DNA of 60,294 bases. Origin: a virus. Taxonomy: Duplodnaviria > Caudoviricetes. Below, in pieces: positions 50,601 through 58,780 of this stretch. Both the position numbers and the translations under genes were made by a program. Where the stretch lies: positions 1 through 60,294 of the IMG/VR virus record IMGVR_UViG_3300030328_000938, one strand, 5' to 3'. The notes under the pieces were generated by a model that was not told the origin of the DNA, did no database searches, and saw only the letters and a program-made list of their open reading frames with translations. Each line of letters opens with the position of its first letter. Within the stretch, counting starts at the first letter, position 1.

Positions 50601-50649
50601 AGAAAGCGTATTAGAGTTTATGAATAATTGTCCAGAGGGATTACAATAA
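41620..50649 (+). CDS. Giant internal virion protein with a probable two-barrel (double-psi beta-barrel) RNA polymerase domain
   Basis: FDG...GAIKP...SASK, then ERNP (47959-47970) and EGDHDLD (48076-48096), in the order of RxP...DxDxD in two-barrel polymerases. Confidence 0.7.
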   Translation: MAENMLFGKSLEQFLDEELKGINTSTEYADPSGGASGIVSDSQYRGRGAVPSPMVTDREPFIDTNNLFAQLQHEPEHFPAHLRPDSDKSMMAHLGRGIVSALDSASMNVGRLFIPGKGSVAETLPDMFESGKLDWLKSDNSWQTKVSDSLGETVGFLGSFSIAGAAEKAIIKNIPRVGSKSIAKSIKKKVADQLEKGGQIKWMSNQGTTKAERELLTEASAKSTFQKIYKDVWDTPLSNYSHGFRNASKQNSFKQKVEAGFADEFNKVLNQNGLEASDDLAKLVGDEFMRWYGKNTKPPVSDIATAIQRIMAKGGLPGLSNPAFGAAVGVIGQEAITFSMVEMLMEAVQATDEEREAHIGDVGFHAAGMGMLLGGIRLIPGGKTKANTLFPNPFGGKDGGFSMFRKLILGRKPYKGRVDFTKNSERMALLNVWEYLSSRNLGTGALGKIMQDSAKRHKHHLNKVFGGRTGKNSTKVHDYTLKELEAVLNQSGSGIRMINGKKVNQKEAIAEIMADALDDVYSQFRGRWVKDFFREYATDFTMSTPRMLLGSMAMGGGPKMLVDPDIPFEDKVLGFGLGGFMMKRGKSLKYYNKKGQAMEHEGWIGGKRKEFYSKSKLGESHLKELSSTMKLMGANPKEHWHWGNMADNLDIDPRMPWVSSFKDTETRESSKVREEFLREENGKRVYTTEKEPGEKQIRKEGKNDPGDHIKKLYKHFVVYSGNKHFQHHVEGKEQFVKDWEHLTSKEKKQFEKNMEDAGIREVNDFLDVMMETKMAGLDQTAIEVASNLRNAVEQLQKVLPEGSKRLMKVIEGDRLKFVRLDSRRDGDSKLTTDQANMIERYNSYVEFLVRSGKAELINRSPSDIGTIIDSKTPGVKEFMTQMEATHIGFNKAFGGREGEILLEPTDGVFIDYHRFAMMHKNVKMGSAFLSSIFESGYKTKHQFNKQELQKAGELIREIFQSEKGFPIQKIEAGKGQQLFAETMLEVLKPYLATPTPVKGGEFTGNRSGAKWREKIKTLDLILQKNGVTLVGDRYQNVRMDFIANMRRESLIHKIRHGNVFNPKTGKIEKINAGHVEQVVALVEDGFVNKDMTLHNVTDIMDGLGRMKADPRQRLFVDWANERLNLRELDTPKKFNEKVAREYGLVEKPESVKQLFENLEQSAQSMVTEGNVKNIKEARQRITESWGDVLHLYKDVVMPLVKTTRVINGKNVTSGILNLDKSQNQARDIGDLWSITHKLKLLQKKKTSYSVEKFMEKIKEVSQDPKSEYYEILNFALEEIAINPNNSQRVMELAQRHLKYKPETNEFEMKSETPTRNIEEFIEGLSRPEWGGKEHMEAHFRQYQRRLQEQSADGGYKTESLSDIVKKNALYDMSFSEGGTVQRKHPTLTVEKQIQNMYDKYTGMGKREQFKKELIQQAEQKNPELDVVEFGEKMDSLFLQLDSSIRVTKQKINLQDQHKWTRDDNHAIRKTSVWDIMHSAIGSPMGKRNFLPQITMIDQQIINANGRKSSLSNNAELVNEHLYNGDRVNVRESAKIAEGKGAKDLITEPEQRVLYRFGSNQYGYGVKADTKSLNRLANRYAEYVINNVKSKEAQTEILAEAGVRYNEKTKMYEVNRDVDNNYVVENIASGNRDFVKRVMDDMIYGELWGQSYWNEMRAYDTQSKTDWHKRLNLYNNVSTIKLRTDSIMDIYKRRQSSGLYKNAEGLRANESLRKWASGDYRQMTIRDEKGGFDSIFKTIQKQHELEIGKLPDGAKRDALVSEYNQIKDLLSDKSKFDGMTILRDELFDGMASLMGASGEGVGAIKPIVMRIGEQHFINKTAFQKDATLKAMWEANPNLGSITFTSASKTVMKDGKYHEWMENRIFDAPADFNLLAIEPSMYGKGIGITMKPEDVQLLSVKAEKKKATLSPLHTSGMTREGQRQFIETHVERKYDLAEKDINSLYNPQQFSQAVAFNRANFHDMYQGMTLESSTMGVHQMLAEVGAIPHIFQGKQFDNMIKKRLIDDIISLKVDGVSAVVSPDATGELKSSIMYSEGGRSKIAEIGELKLPRYAKDMPFDSKLTSVVLKSRKDLSVDVTTKDMKTVQEMGWKDLNTLGELHFFANQKGYDVLVALERNPHTKPDSATILRLHSFKSKTDGANATVNAVDFRRAQEGDHDLDTSSFYWDTGNEVRNSYLKQRGTVPDSVPTGSKNNKWSTNDIDVNTTSGHDKYLSNVEKGDMLKGKVMSYQPVIDALEHYVGAKKANSSGNETIIRVGADSYIKFNADKLVQIRQRLSNDIQGILDAKGGFDEAMYRNWENNFLFGEANGQQQSVFSYANKSDTRMKDVYQDGGFVSNPVHQRIIRDLLITPYREFSRLTSGNWETGVRESVGMAEFMTGVELYNSRLRRSKDKVKEIIREEYEGQQKRDELDAIETGFFDGGLTKQMQILSKNYRAELDHLTSRDRQMRKAYKLMEKSKVMGNLDRRNHEAEWMDQVYSWSGNSNVQNFWREHNSHMQSNAQKIEYVSWLTSKHRDLVKLRKNIVREGDLIAAKSYDRQIANVREMKDRALGEMQYKFDMDGKFYKKSWNKDSQQFEWKKSKPKGKNKKKQKLWEDIIQHKKDAMKWEYIRKIKGKEERFKAAAKFERNWEKKHRKQVYEDLQKNGVHFTDVKDFEAVQALIFHDVFSSKANMELFETGSGSFGSKDFQNISYTATKAAKRINKMINKAWSDFLDPKNDRYPNQEFVNEQIFREIEHRYNNFAEQNSLLAEQFLYKIATPEIDISRRMRIGENYYPAVKEGNHQTQINAVMKFIMHPESPYTPEMKRQIFQDIADASGRSFLDYYGVTSNQAFNGGELRLSPSGKMLEYGGRDYYGDVATTIKDKVLFYDRPNPFQYGRGGTVKDLLYEMSPQVAQQLELDGLSKLSQYDSMRMLYGMGSVRDIVANRNLSFIPQGMTRTKNGAYYSINGYKDYLRQMDIEMSGVVGNNRTSMWREGPMNNINLKEPATKQKKAQESVLEFMNNCPEGLQ

Positions 50650-53345
50650 TGGCAAAATTAAAAATATGTATTCCAAAGAACGCAGCGAACCCTGAAAGAT
50701 TAAAGTCTCTATATAAGATTGCTAAAGAATATGATGGGCATAGAGCCGTTGAACAATTTGGATTAGGAGATGGTCAGTTTAAGAAGCTATACAAAGCCTC
50801 AACTGGACATCACTTTGGTGAAGCAATACCTTCTGTTGAACAATTAAAATTATTAAATAAACAGGTTCAGCAGTTCACTAGTAAACTTGAAAAGGGCAAT
50901 ATAAGTGCTGCGGAAAGTTTGTTCTATCTACCTAAAGAACTAGCTGAAAGATTTCCTGCGTCAGGTCAATGGTATAAAGAATCACAAAGGTCACTTCAGC
51001 ATTTCAAGGGAAACACTCAAGCATTTCAACAGATGGCTAATGATATATCCAGATTACTCAGTCGGGAGGCAGGAGAAGGTGGTATAACACGCCTACTAGG
51101 CAGAGGGATGTCAGCTAATAGAGAGATAGCAATGAGGGAAGCTGAATATAGAAAATTAGTAAATGAAGGTAGGATGGATGATGCTTTATTATATAAACAA
51201 ACTAAAATTGAACCATATATAAAAGAAGGTGAGGGTTTAGTATTTAAACAATTCCATGATTTAGTAACTGCTGATAAGATTGATTCGGCTATGGCAAGTA
51301 AATACCCGGGAAAAGTAGTTGAAGCCGCGAAGATATGGAGAGAACAGATGATGCCAAGACTAGATAAGATGCTAGTCAATGGTATAGCTAACTATAAATA
51401 TGGCTTTAAAAGGACTAAGGGAACATTTGGTGATGATGTTGGCTTTGGTGAGATGGGTAAAAAAATAGAGATTATTGAATCATACATCAATAAAATGGTT
51501 AAAAAAGGTGGTGGATTCCCTATAAAAAATTTAGATATAGTTCCAACATTAGGTAAAACCTCTGAATTGTATCATACTGGTACAAAAGAATCAATGAGAG
51601 AAGCAAATGAATTACTTGATAGCTTAGTAAAGAATGTTGTAGAAAGCGATATAAACATTAACAATGTAATGAGAAGTGGAGATGGTGCTAAAGGTGAAAT
51701 ATCATACAATATAATAGACGCTATAGATAGCTATACTAGGTCTGTTTCTAGATTTAATATGGTATCTGGTCAAACTAATGCTTATTTAAAAGGTATTCGT
51801 GGAATGAAGAATATGGCAGAGAAGGTAAGTGATGCTGATTTACAAGCAGGTGTTGACTCTATGGTTGAATATATGGCTGATTCTTATTCACATAATGTTG
51901 GGTTAAGTAATTCTCAGGTAGGTAGTAAAATAGCAAGAGCATTAACTAGTTGGCAGGCTATTGGTAAAATGGGATTTCCTAACTTAAGAACTCCTGTTAG
52001 AAATGCTGGTCAGTATTTGCAAAATGTAGTTTGGTTTGGATTTAAAGGTATGAGGGATTTAAAATCAGAATTACAGAATACTCGAATGTTAAATAGGGTG
52101 AATGAAGGACTTGCTGATAATGGTATACTATTTCCTGAGATAACAGAGATTTATCAGAACTATGCACCTAAAAGAAAAAGAGATGATGCTACTGGATTAT
52201 ATATGGAAGATGTCTCTTTAGGAGCTTCTGATTTTGTACTAGGTGGATTAGAAAAGATAGCAAAAGCAGTTAATAAGCCAATGACTGAAATTGAGAACAA
52301 TCTTAATAGGCGTACAACATTTCAGCTTGGATATATAAAAGAATGGAAAGCTCAATCACAAGCTCTTGATTATCATATGAAAAACTTTGAAAGAAAAGTT
52401 ATGAATAATCCAAAAAAATATGGTGTCACTAAGGATAATCCAATAGAAGCATTAAGGAAAGAAAAATTACCATTACATGATGAGATGGTAGATGCTTACG
52501 ATTACCACTTTGAGCAGTATCGTAAAAAAATGGCTACCAATGTAGCAAATGAAACTGTTGTAGAATTACATTATGACTATGATGCCTCTGCTAAGCCTAG
52601 AATAATGAGAGGAGCAACTGGTTCAGTAGCAACTCAGTTTCAAACATTTTCAGTAAACTTTTTTAATTATCAAAGAAAGATAATAAATAATGGTACAAAT
52701 GAAATAATGGCTGGAATGTGGGGAGGTGAGAACGCTTGGAGAATGTATAGATTAGGTAGTCTATATTTAGGAATATCAGGATTAAGTGCTATTACAAATA
52801 CTGACTTAACTGGTTTAGTTAATAATGATACATATGAAAGATTAACTCAATGGTATAAATATGCTAATGGTGATAAAGAAGATAGAGAAAGAGCTATGTT
52901 TGGAAGAGGTATTAGTACCTTAGCTGGTCCAACTATTAGTGACGCTGTTAGATTAGGTCAGATAGCAGGATTTATGCAAATGGATGAAGATGATTGGAAA
53001 AGTTATATGTTTGGATATGGTGATTTTGCTTCAGCTACAGATGATGATAAAACTAAAGAATTAGTAAGAACATTGAATGTAGGTATGGGTAGGATGGTTT
53101 ATGGTCATATGCCAAGAATGATTAATGGTGCTAATTTAAGTTCTCATATTGGATTAGAGTTTGGCTTATATAATAGCAAGGAAAATAAAAAGAGACAAGA
53201 ATGGGTTCAAGGAAGTAAATATTCTCCATTAAAGTGGGTATATGATAAATGGAAGAAACCTACTAAGAAACAGCAGAAACTTGCTAAAGGAAGAAGAGAG
53301 CCAGTTATGGCTACACTAGATGCAATGGAAAGAGGTTTCATATAG
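50649..53345 (+). CDS. Large putative internal virion protein
   Basis: TAATG-coupled start at 50649; HYDY...QFQTF pattern resembles large phage ejection proteins. Confidence 0.55.
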   Translation: MAKLKICIPKNAANPERLKSLYKIAKEYDGHRAVEQFGLGDGQFKKLYKASTGHHFGEAIPSVEQLKLLNKQVQQFTSKLEKGNISAAESLFYLPKELAERFPASGQWYKESQRSLQHFKGNTQAFQQMANDISRLLSREAGEGGITRLLGRGMSANREIAMREAEYRKLVNEGRMDDALLYKQTKIEPYIKEGEGLVFKQFHDLVTADKIDSAMASKYPGKVVEAAKIWREQMMPRLDKMLVNGIANYKYGFKRTKGTFGDDVGFGEMGKKIEIIESYINKMVKKGGGFPIKNLDIVPTLGKTSELYHTGTKESMREANELLDSLVKNVVESDININNVMRSGDGAKGEISYNIIDAIDSYTRSVSRFNMVSGQTNAYLKGIRGMKNMAEKVSDADLQAGVDSMVEYMADSYSHNVGLSNSQVGSKIARALTSWQAIGKMGFPNLRTPVRNAGQYLQNVVWFGFKGMRDLKSELQNTRMLNRVNEGLADNGILFPEITEIYQNYAPKRKRDDATGLYMEDVSLGASDFVLGGLEKIAKAVNKPMTEIENNLNRRTTFQLGYIKEWKAQSQALDYHMKNFERKVMNNPKKYGVTKDNPIEALRKEKLPLHDEMVDAYDYHFEQYRKKMATNVANETVVELHYDYDASAKPRIMRGATGSVATQFQTFSVNFFNYQRKIINNGTNEIMAGMWGGENAWRMYRLGSLYLGISGLSAITNTDLTGLVNNDTYERLTQWYKYANGDKEDRERAMFGRGISTLAGPTISDAVRLGQIAGFMQMDEDDWKSYMFGYGDFASATDDDKTKELVRTLNVGMGRMVYGHMPRMINGANLSSHIGLEFGLYNSKENKKRQEWVQGSKYSPLKWVYDKWKKPTKKQQKLAKGRREPVMATLDAMERGFI

Positions 53346-53405
53346 AAGGAGAGAGGTCTGACCTTTTTCATAGCTCTCAGGTACCAGTAGCTATTACTCC
53401 CCTTC
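53345..53405. terminator. Branched stem-loop at the convergence of the two arms
   Basis: GAAGG/CCTTC closing stem; inner AGGT/ACCT and ATAGCT/AGCTAT hairpins. Confidence 0.45.
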
Positions 53406-53430
53406 CATACTCATCGTAACCTAATTAAGG

Positions 53431-53643
53431 TCAATTCCATCCATTATTTTTATGGTACATTTTAATTTCATCAAATGTTGGTAGTCCACTTTTTTCAATT
53501 TGCCTTTTCGCATCATTAACTTGGTCTTCCATCATTTTCATTCCTGTTATTAAATCCATAAATTTCAATTTTCTTTCTTCAGGCAAGTTTAAATATTTTC
53601 TTATCTTTTTTGTTTCTCTTATAGATTCTTTTTTGGATACCAT
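53431..53643 (-). CDS. Hypothetical protein
   Basis: ATG at 53643 with AGGAGAGG RBS. Confidence 0.55.
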   Translation of the reverse strand: MVSKKESIRETKKIRKYLNLPEERKLKFMDLITGMKMMEDQVNDAKRQIEKSGLPTFDEIKMYHKNNGWN

Positions 53644-54098
53644 TGTTCCTCTCCTATTCCTTTGTCGATATACCATTGTCCTATGCATATCGCATCTGCA
53701 TTTTGTAAGGTCACCTTAACCCTACCTTCTGATATTTCCATTGCTTTCTGTTTCAAGAAGTTCTTCCTGTCTTTCTTGTCTTTAGGTACATCTTTCCAAT
53801 TAGCCTGCCACATCTTAGGTGGTACTAACATCGTCTCTTTAGATGCAGTTGCTAACATTCCATTCCACATTCCATAATTATATCCAAATTTGAAAGTACT
53901 AGCCACTCCTTGTCCGGGCATACTATGTACCCATTCTAAAACTGCTATACTTGCTCTATGAATATCCTTTCCACATAACTCCCAAGTCTCCGTTGATGTT
54001 GGCATACACTTATGAGTTGTAATTAATTGTCCATCTGTGAATACTGCCATTGCTCCTGACCAACCGGGGTCTATAGCTATAACTGTTCCTTTCATCAT
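53619..54098 (-). CDS. RuvC-like Holliday junction resolvase
   Basis: IAIDPG, LEWVH, STFKFG, NADAICI. Confidence 0.85.
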   Translation of the reverse strand: MMKGTVIAIDPGWSGAMAVFTDGQLITTHKCMPTSTETWELCGKDIHRASIAVLEWVHSMPGQGVASTFKFGYNYGMWNGMLATASKETMLVPPKMWQANWKDVPKDKKDRKNFLKQKAMEISEGRVKVTLQNADAICIGQWYIDKGIGEEQWYPKKNL

Positions 54099-54298
54099 AT
54101 TAATTCTCCTTTGAAGATATTTATAATATCTGCGACAATTCCTTTTGGTTCATATCCTGCATATCTTGATTTTCTATACTTGCAACCTTTGTTGAATGTA
54201 TCCTTTGGTATTATTCTAGGATATTCAAACCAATTACATTTATTGCCACTTCTTAAAGAACACCCTGCACAAGTCGTAAACTCCTTTACCTTCTGCAC
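54095..54298 (-). CDS. Small Cys-rich protein
   Basis: CAGC...C...GC. Confidence 0.55.
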   Translation of the reverse strand: MQKVKEFTTCAGCSLRSGNKCNWFEYPRIIPKDTFNKGCKYRKSRYAGYEPKGIVADIINIFKGELI

Positions 54299-54310
54299 AG
54301 GGTGACCTAT

Positions 54311-55648
54311 TTATGAGGATACTGGTTTCAGATTCTTAGATGCAACCTTAACTGCGTCTGCTCTGCTATAGTACATACGACACTTGTCGCCATTAAATCC
54401 CATAACATAAGAGCCTAATTGACCATACCTAGATTTCTGACATATTATCTCAGTTTCATAAGGGTCATTGTCTTCATCATCTACTGCATATCCATAATAT
54501 ACAAAGAACGCTGATTCTGCCGTTTGTTCAATAACTCCACTTTCAGCGAAGTCACTTAACTTAGGCTTTCCATCTATCCTTCTCTCGATTTCTCGATTTA
54601 ACTGACTAACGAGTATAGCTGAACAATTTAACTTCTTACAAAGCCATTTATAGTCCAACATTATCTCTTCCAATTCAAATCGTCTATCGCTTTTTGCTTC
54701 ATCTAGTTGTATCAGTTGAATATAATCGTCAATAACAACATCAGGTTGCTCACGACTTAACTCTTTCATAGCATCAGCCAATGTTCGAATATCATCATAC
54801 ATGACAAGATTCTTGTACTTTTCCTTCAGCTTATCTAGGTTCATTTCAACCATAGTAAGTTCGCCATTAAGTTTATCGGCTTTTCTAACTGCACCATAAG
54901 AGAGTTCTTCATGTTCCATAACTATTATCTTCTTGAACATTTCAGTATTACTCATTTCTCTATTAAACAGACACACCTTGTATCCTTGTTCAATTAATCT
55001 ACGAGCTATATTGATTACAAGAGTGGTTTTACCATGTCCCGGTCTACCACCAATAACAGTTATCTCCTTTCTTGTCATCCCTCCTGCTGATTCATCTAGT
55101 TGTTCTAATCCAAATGGTATTAGATTTGTTTGAGATTTCAAAGCATGGATAGTATCATCTATAATATCTGATGTATCTTGCTTTAATGAAGGTGAAATCT
55201 CTTTCAATTCTTCTATTATTCTTTCATGTTCGTGTAGTATTTCTGTTATATCTTTATTTTCTTCTAATGAGTGGTCATATAGTTTATGTGCTGACTTCAC
55301 TGCTTCTCTTTGTATGAATCTGTGCCATACAATCCTACACCATTCTTCTACATGAGCATTAGTTGGTGAGCTATCAGGAAGTCCTGTTATATAATAACTA
55401 TTTAATGTTTGGTCATATTGGTCTTTTAATTCAGATGTTAGTATTATTATATCTATTGGTTCATTTTGTCTATGCAGTTTCTTCATGCATTGCCATACTC
55501 TTTTATTGGCTGATGAATAAAATGCTTCATCATCCCTAATCCACGCTTCAACAGTAGGAACTACTGAATTATCGTTGATTATTGAACCAAGTATAGCCTC
55601 TTCTGCGTCAACCGCATTTGGTTGCACTTTTAGTTTGGGCATATCCAC
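54311..55648 (-). CDS. dnaB: Replicative DNA helicase (DnaB family)
   Basis: AEEAILG N-domain, GGRPGHGKT, DDYIQL, SQLNR, ESGVIEQ, KSRYG. Confidence 0.95.
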   Translation of the reverse strand: MDMPKLKVQPNAVDAEEAILGSIINDNSVVPTVEAWIRDDEAFYSSANKRVWQCMKKLHRQNEPIDIIILTSELKDQYDQTLNSYYITGLPDSSPTNAHVEEWCRIVWHRFIQREAVKSAHKLYDHSLEENKDITEILHEHERIIEELKEISPSLKQDTSDIIDDTIHALKSQTNLIPFGLEQLDESAGGMTRKEITVIGGRPGHGKTTLVINIARRLIEQGYKVCLFNREMSNTEMFKKIIVMEHEELSYGAVRKADKLNGELTMVEMNLDKLKEKYKNLVMYDDIRTLADAMKELSREQPDVVIDDYIQLIQLDEAKSDRRFELEEIMLDYKWLCKKLNCSAILVSQLNREIERRIDGKPKLSDFAESGVIEQTAESAFFVYYGYAVDDEDNDPYETEIICQKSRYGQLGSYVMGFNGDKCRMYYSRADAVKVASKNLKPVSS

Positions 55649-55650
55649 TC

Positions 55651-56472
55651 CTAAAATAGACTAGCTTGAATACTAGCTGGTTCGTAGTTAGTAATTACCA
55701 ATTCGTTCTTTACATCCTTTGCGAATAATTGTCCTGCATATCTACACGGTATTTTATGTATATTATATTCTTTAAAAGCATCTGTAACTTCCTTCCTGTC
55801 ATCATAAGAAACCATAAAGTTACCACCTGATTGGTGTATGGTGTGACATAAATTTACGAAATCTTCATGGTCTTTCTCATTAAAATCGTAAAAGTAGTAG
55901 TCTTTCCTTTCCCCTGCAATTACATATGGAGGGTCTAAGTACCAAAAATCAGTTTCTTTAATAGGGTATCTTGTAGGTAAGTCTCTGAAGTCCAAATTTT
56001 CTATCATTACATTGTCTAATGCTTTCCTAGAATACTCAAGGTCTTTCAACATATTAACATTCCAATCTGCTTGTTTGGCAATAGGATTATTAAAATTGTT
56101 ATTGAAAGCACACTTTATTACATAATAGTAAACTGCTGCTCGCTTAGGGTCTGGTAATTCAAATGTTTTATCTTGTAATTCCTTTCTATATCTGTCAAAT
56201 AGTTCTCTTGATTTAACTAGCCATTTAGCATAGTCGCAAAACTCTTCATAATGTCCACCAACACTCAAATATAGATTGACAACATCATTATCTTTATCAT
56301 TTAGTACATTCTCTTTTACCTTCTGTTTGCGAAAGAACATAGAGGCACCTCCTGCGAATACCTCTATGTATCTCTCATGGTCTGGTATCATTGGTACTAA
56401 TTGTCTAGATAATTCAAATTTACCACCCATATAAGGAATGATGACTGGACATTGTAGCCATCTAAAATCCAT
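55651..56472 (-). CDS. dam: D12-class N6-adenine DNA methyltransferase (Dam-like)
   Basis: YMGGK, EVFAGG, DPPY, ELVITNY; start at 56472 is TAATG-coupled. Confidence 0.9.
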   Translation of the reverse strand: MDFRWLQCPVIIPYMGGKFELSRQLVPMIPDHERYIEVFAGGASMFFRKQKVKENVLNDKDNDVVNLYLSVGGHYEEFCDYAKWLVKSRELFDRYRKELQDKTFELPDPKRAAVYYYVIKCAFNNNFNNPIAKQADWNVNMLKDLEYSRKALDNVMIENLDFRDLPTRYPIKETDFWYLDPPYVIAGERKDYYFYDFNEKDHEDFVNLCHTIHQSGGNFMVSYDDRKEVTDAFKEYNIHKIPCRYAGQLFAKDVKNELVITNYEPASIQASLF

Positions 56473-57281
56473 TAAGCAACTCCTGCCCATTTAGTTATTG
56501 TAGGATATATACTCTGTTCTAACTTATGAGTCGCTTCATTACTTCTTTTCATGCTATGTGTAGCAATCCAAGTAGCTGAATTAAGCAAATCCCAATAGTT
56601 CTCAGGCTTATCTTTCATTAGATATTGAGTAAATGCCTCCATTTGATTACTTGGCATCATATCAATTAATCCAACAATATGTTTTTCTTGCAGTTTAGTG
56701 TTCTTTAACTTTGGTAAATCTTTATTGAATATACCATCAGTTGATAAGACAGTTTCTTGTATGGAAGGTTCGATGTCCTTTAAATCCATATTATAGATAC
56801 TATGCTTATAGCTTTTCCTTGATATAACAGTCCCTATTACAAGACCATTAGAACACAAGATTCTAAATGCACCTGCTAATATGTGTAATCCCCATTGTCC
56901 ATTATAAGAATTTCTCAAAGTAATCTCAGGAGATACTACATCACCATCTCCTAAATCTACCTTAGTTCCTCTTAAAGTCCATTTGAATTGGGTCTTAGCA
57001 CCATTAGAGAATGATTCTACTTCTGATAATTGTGCATCTACATTCAAATTTGTCATAACTTCACTAGCTGTTTCATATATATCTTTATTTTCTATTAGTT
57101 TATATTCATCTGTCATACAACTAAGTACTTCATTGTTATCTTCCCTAACTACAAATTTATAACCTGTTGTTTGTTCTCTAACACTAGTACCATTTCCTTT
57201 ATTCTTATTTGTTGTTTCCCAATAAGCTGGAACTGTTTTGACTGGAACAAGTGCTTCATTTAAAGTGACATTAGCCATCAT
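56472..57281 (-). CDS. DUF932-family protein
   Basis: NSYNG...GAFRILCSNGL; WDLLNSATWIATH. Confidence 0.8.
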   Translation of the reverse strand: MMANVTLNEALVPVKTVPAYWETTNKNKGNGTSVREQTTGYKFVVREDNNEVLSCMTDEYKLIENKDIYETASEVMTNLNVDAQLSEVESFSNGAKTQFKWTLRGTKVDLGDGDVVSPEITLRNSYNGQWGLHILAGAFRILCSNGLVIGTVISRKSYKHSIYNMDLKDIEPSIQETVLSTDGIFNKDLPKLKNTKLQEKHIVGLIDMMPSNQMEAFTQYLMKDKPENYWDLLNSATWIATHSMKRSNEATHKLEQSIYPTITKWAGVA

Positions 57282-57663
57282 TATACTCCTTTTTCTTAAC
57301 TTCTTTTAATTTAGGTGTCCTACCATATCGTTTTATTTCATTTTCTAATTGTCTATCAGCATTGGTATCAGTTCGCCTTATTACACCGCCTAAGTAAGCA
57401 AAACCTCTTTGATGTTCGTGAGCCTTGCTATGTAAATAGTTCTCAATCCCTTTTCTTACCATTTTATCATCAATGCCTGATATTCCCTGAAGAAACCTGA
57501 AATAAATCAGTATAGTCTCACTAGGACAATGTTCAAGTATTATTTTCTTTGTGTCTTTAATTGCTTTTCTAGTATTCTTACTTCTCTCTCTTAATAGAGC
57601 TTGTATTTGCTTTGAAGGATTAAACTCTAATCTTTCACTCCAACCACAGCAAGGACATTTCAA
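57271..57663 (-). CDS. Hypothetical protein with N-terminal CxxC
   Basis: MKCPCCG; in the replication module. Confidence 0.6.
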   Translation of the reverse strand: MKCPCCGWSERLEFNPSKQIQALLRERSKNTRKAIKDTKKIILEHCPSETILIYFRFLQGISGIDDKMVRKGIENYLHSKAHEHQRGFAYLGGVIRRTDTNADRQLENEIKRYGRTPKLKEVKKKEYNDG

Positions 57664-57890
57664 TCCTCTCCTCTATATCCTATAGAAGTAATCATTCCAC
57701 CCATCTTATCATGTATTTTATTCAGTTCTTTATATTCAGCTTTGTCTTTATTGTCTCGCATTTCCTTGTGTGCATCAATGAACCCTTGAGCTACTTCTTC
57801 ACTTCCAACTTCTTCAGTTAGCTCTTTTAAGTTTCCATCTGCTGCCAACTTTGCTATCCACGGCATCCTACTCACGATTCCCTCCTTCAT
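57660..57890 (-). CDS. Hypothetical protein
   Basis: Coupled ORF. Confidence 0.6.
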   Translation of the reverse strand: MKEGIVSRMPWIAKLAADGNLKELTEEVGSEEVAQGFIDAHKEMRDNKDKAEYKELNKIHDKMGGMITSIGYRGED

Positions 57891-58186
57891 ACTTTAACCT
57901 CTGTTTGATTTCCCCAGTATCTCTTACCAAGACCTGTCTTATCAGGACATTCAGTTACTATAACTGTGGTTTGACCTGGATTTGTTACAATTTTAATAGC
58001 CTCTAATCCACAACTAGGAATCTTTACTACTTCTCCAACTTCACAATCTTCTAAGTATTTGTATCCCTTGCTTGGTTTCCACTTAGGCTTATCCTTTAGA
58101 GCTTTAGTCGCAAGTCGCTTGACCTTTGACATTACACTCTTGAGGGTTTTGTGTCCCGTATTGTTCTGTTTCTTGTTGCTTTTCAT
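57887..58186 (-). CDS. Hypothetical protein
   Basis: AAGGAG RBS; coupled. Confidence 0.6.
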   Translation of the reverse strand: MKSNKKQNNTGHKTLKSVMSKVKRLATKALKDKPKWKPSKGYKYLEDCEVGEVVKIPSCGLEAIKIVTNPGQTTVIVTECPDKTGLGKRYWGNQTEVKV

Positions 58187-58367
58187 AAGCAGTCTCCTTT
58201 TCTCTAATATCTTTCTGAATTTTCTTTAAATCTTTTAAGAGTGCTTCGTAAGGCTTCTTCCATCTACCATTATCTTCTGTTGGTACTTGGGTACTACAAG
58301 TCATAACTAGACTATTGATTAATATTTCCAATTCACCTGTTGAATATTTTATTTGAACAGTACTCAT
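58104..58367 (-). CDS. Hypothetical protein
   Basis: AAGGAG RBS; coupled. Confidence 0.55.
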   Translation of the reverse strand: MSTVQIKYSTGELEILINSLVMTCSTQVPTEDNGRWKKPYEALLKDLKKIQKDIREKETAYEKQQETEQYGTQNPQECNVKGQATCD

Positions 58368-58561
58368 TTTCTCTCCTTATCATAAATTTCTAATAATGTT
58401 GCACTTAAATACACCAATAAATCTAACATCTCTTCAATGGATTCTTTGAAATTATCTCTGCCTCCCTCTCCTGCTAGTGGTATATCTTGTCCATATCTTT
58501 TCTGACCTAATTCTAATCGTTCTTTAACTAACTCAAGAACTCTTTCATTACTCTTCTTCAT
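58364..58561 (-). CDS. Small all-alpha NTP-pyrophosphatase-like (MazG-like) protein
   Basis: RLELGQKRYG...ESIEEMLDLLVY (ExxEExxD). Confidence 0.55.
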   Translation of the reverse strand: MKKSNERVLELVKERLELGQKRYGQDIPLAGEGGRDNFKESIEEMLDLLVYLSATLLEIYDKERK

Positions 58562-58763
58562 CGTTTTTCCATAAGTTTATATGTGTTACTTGGTCAGTAT
58601 CTCCAGACATTCCATCATAGTTCTTGTAGTCTTCGTCTGCTTGTTGTTTAAGTATTTCAACTACTTCTTTACTTCTAAAACCATCATCACCTATTACAAT
58701 ATCAACTGCATTTCTGATAGTTTCTAAATCAAATACTTGTGTTATTTTTTTTGCTGATTTCAT
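58548..58763 (-). CDS. Hypothetical protein
   Basis: ORF with RBS. Confidence 0.55.
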   Translation of the reverse strand: MKSAKKITQVFDLETIRNAVDIVIGDDGFRSKEVVEILKQQADEDYKNYDGMSGDTDQVTHINLWKNDEEE

Positions 58764-58780
58764 ATCCTATTCCTTAAAGT

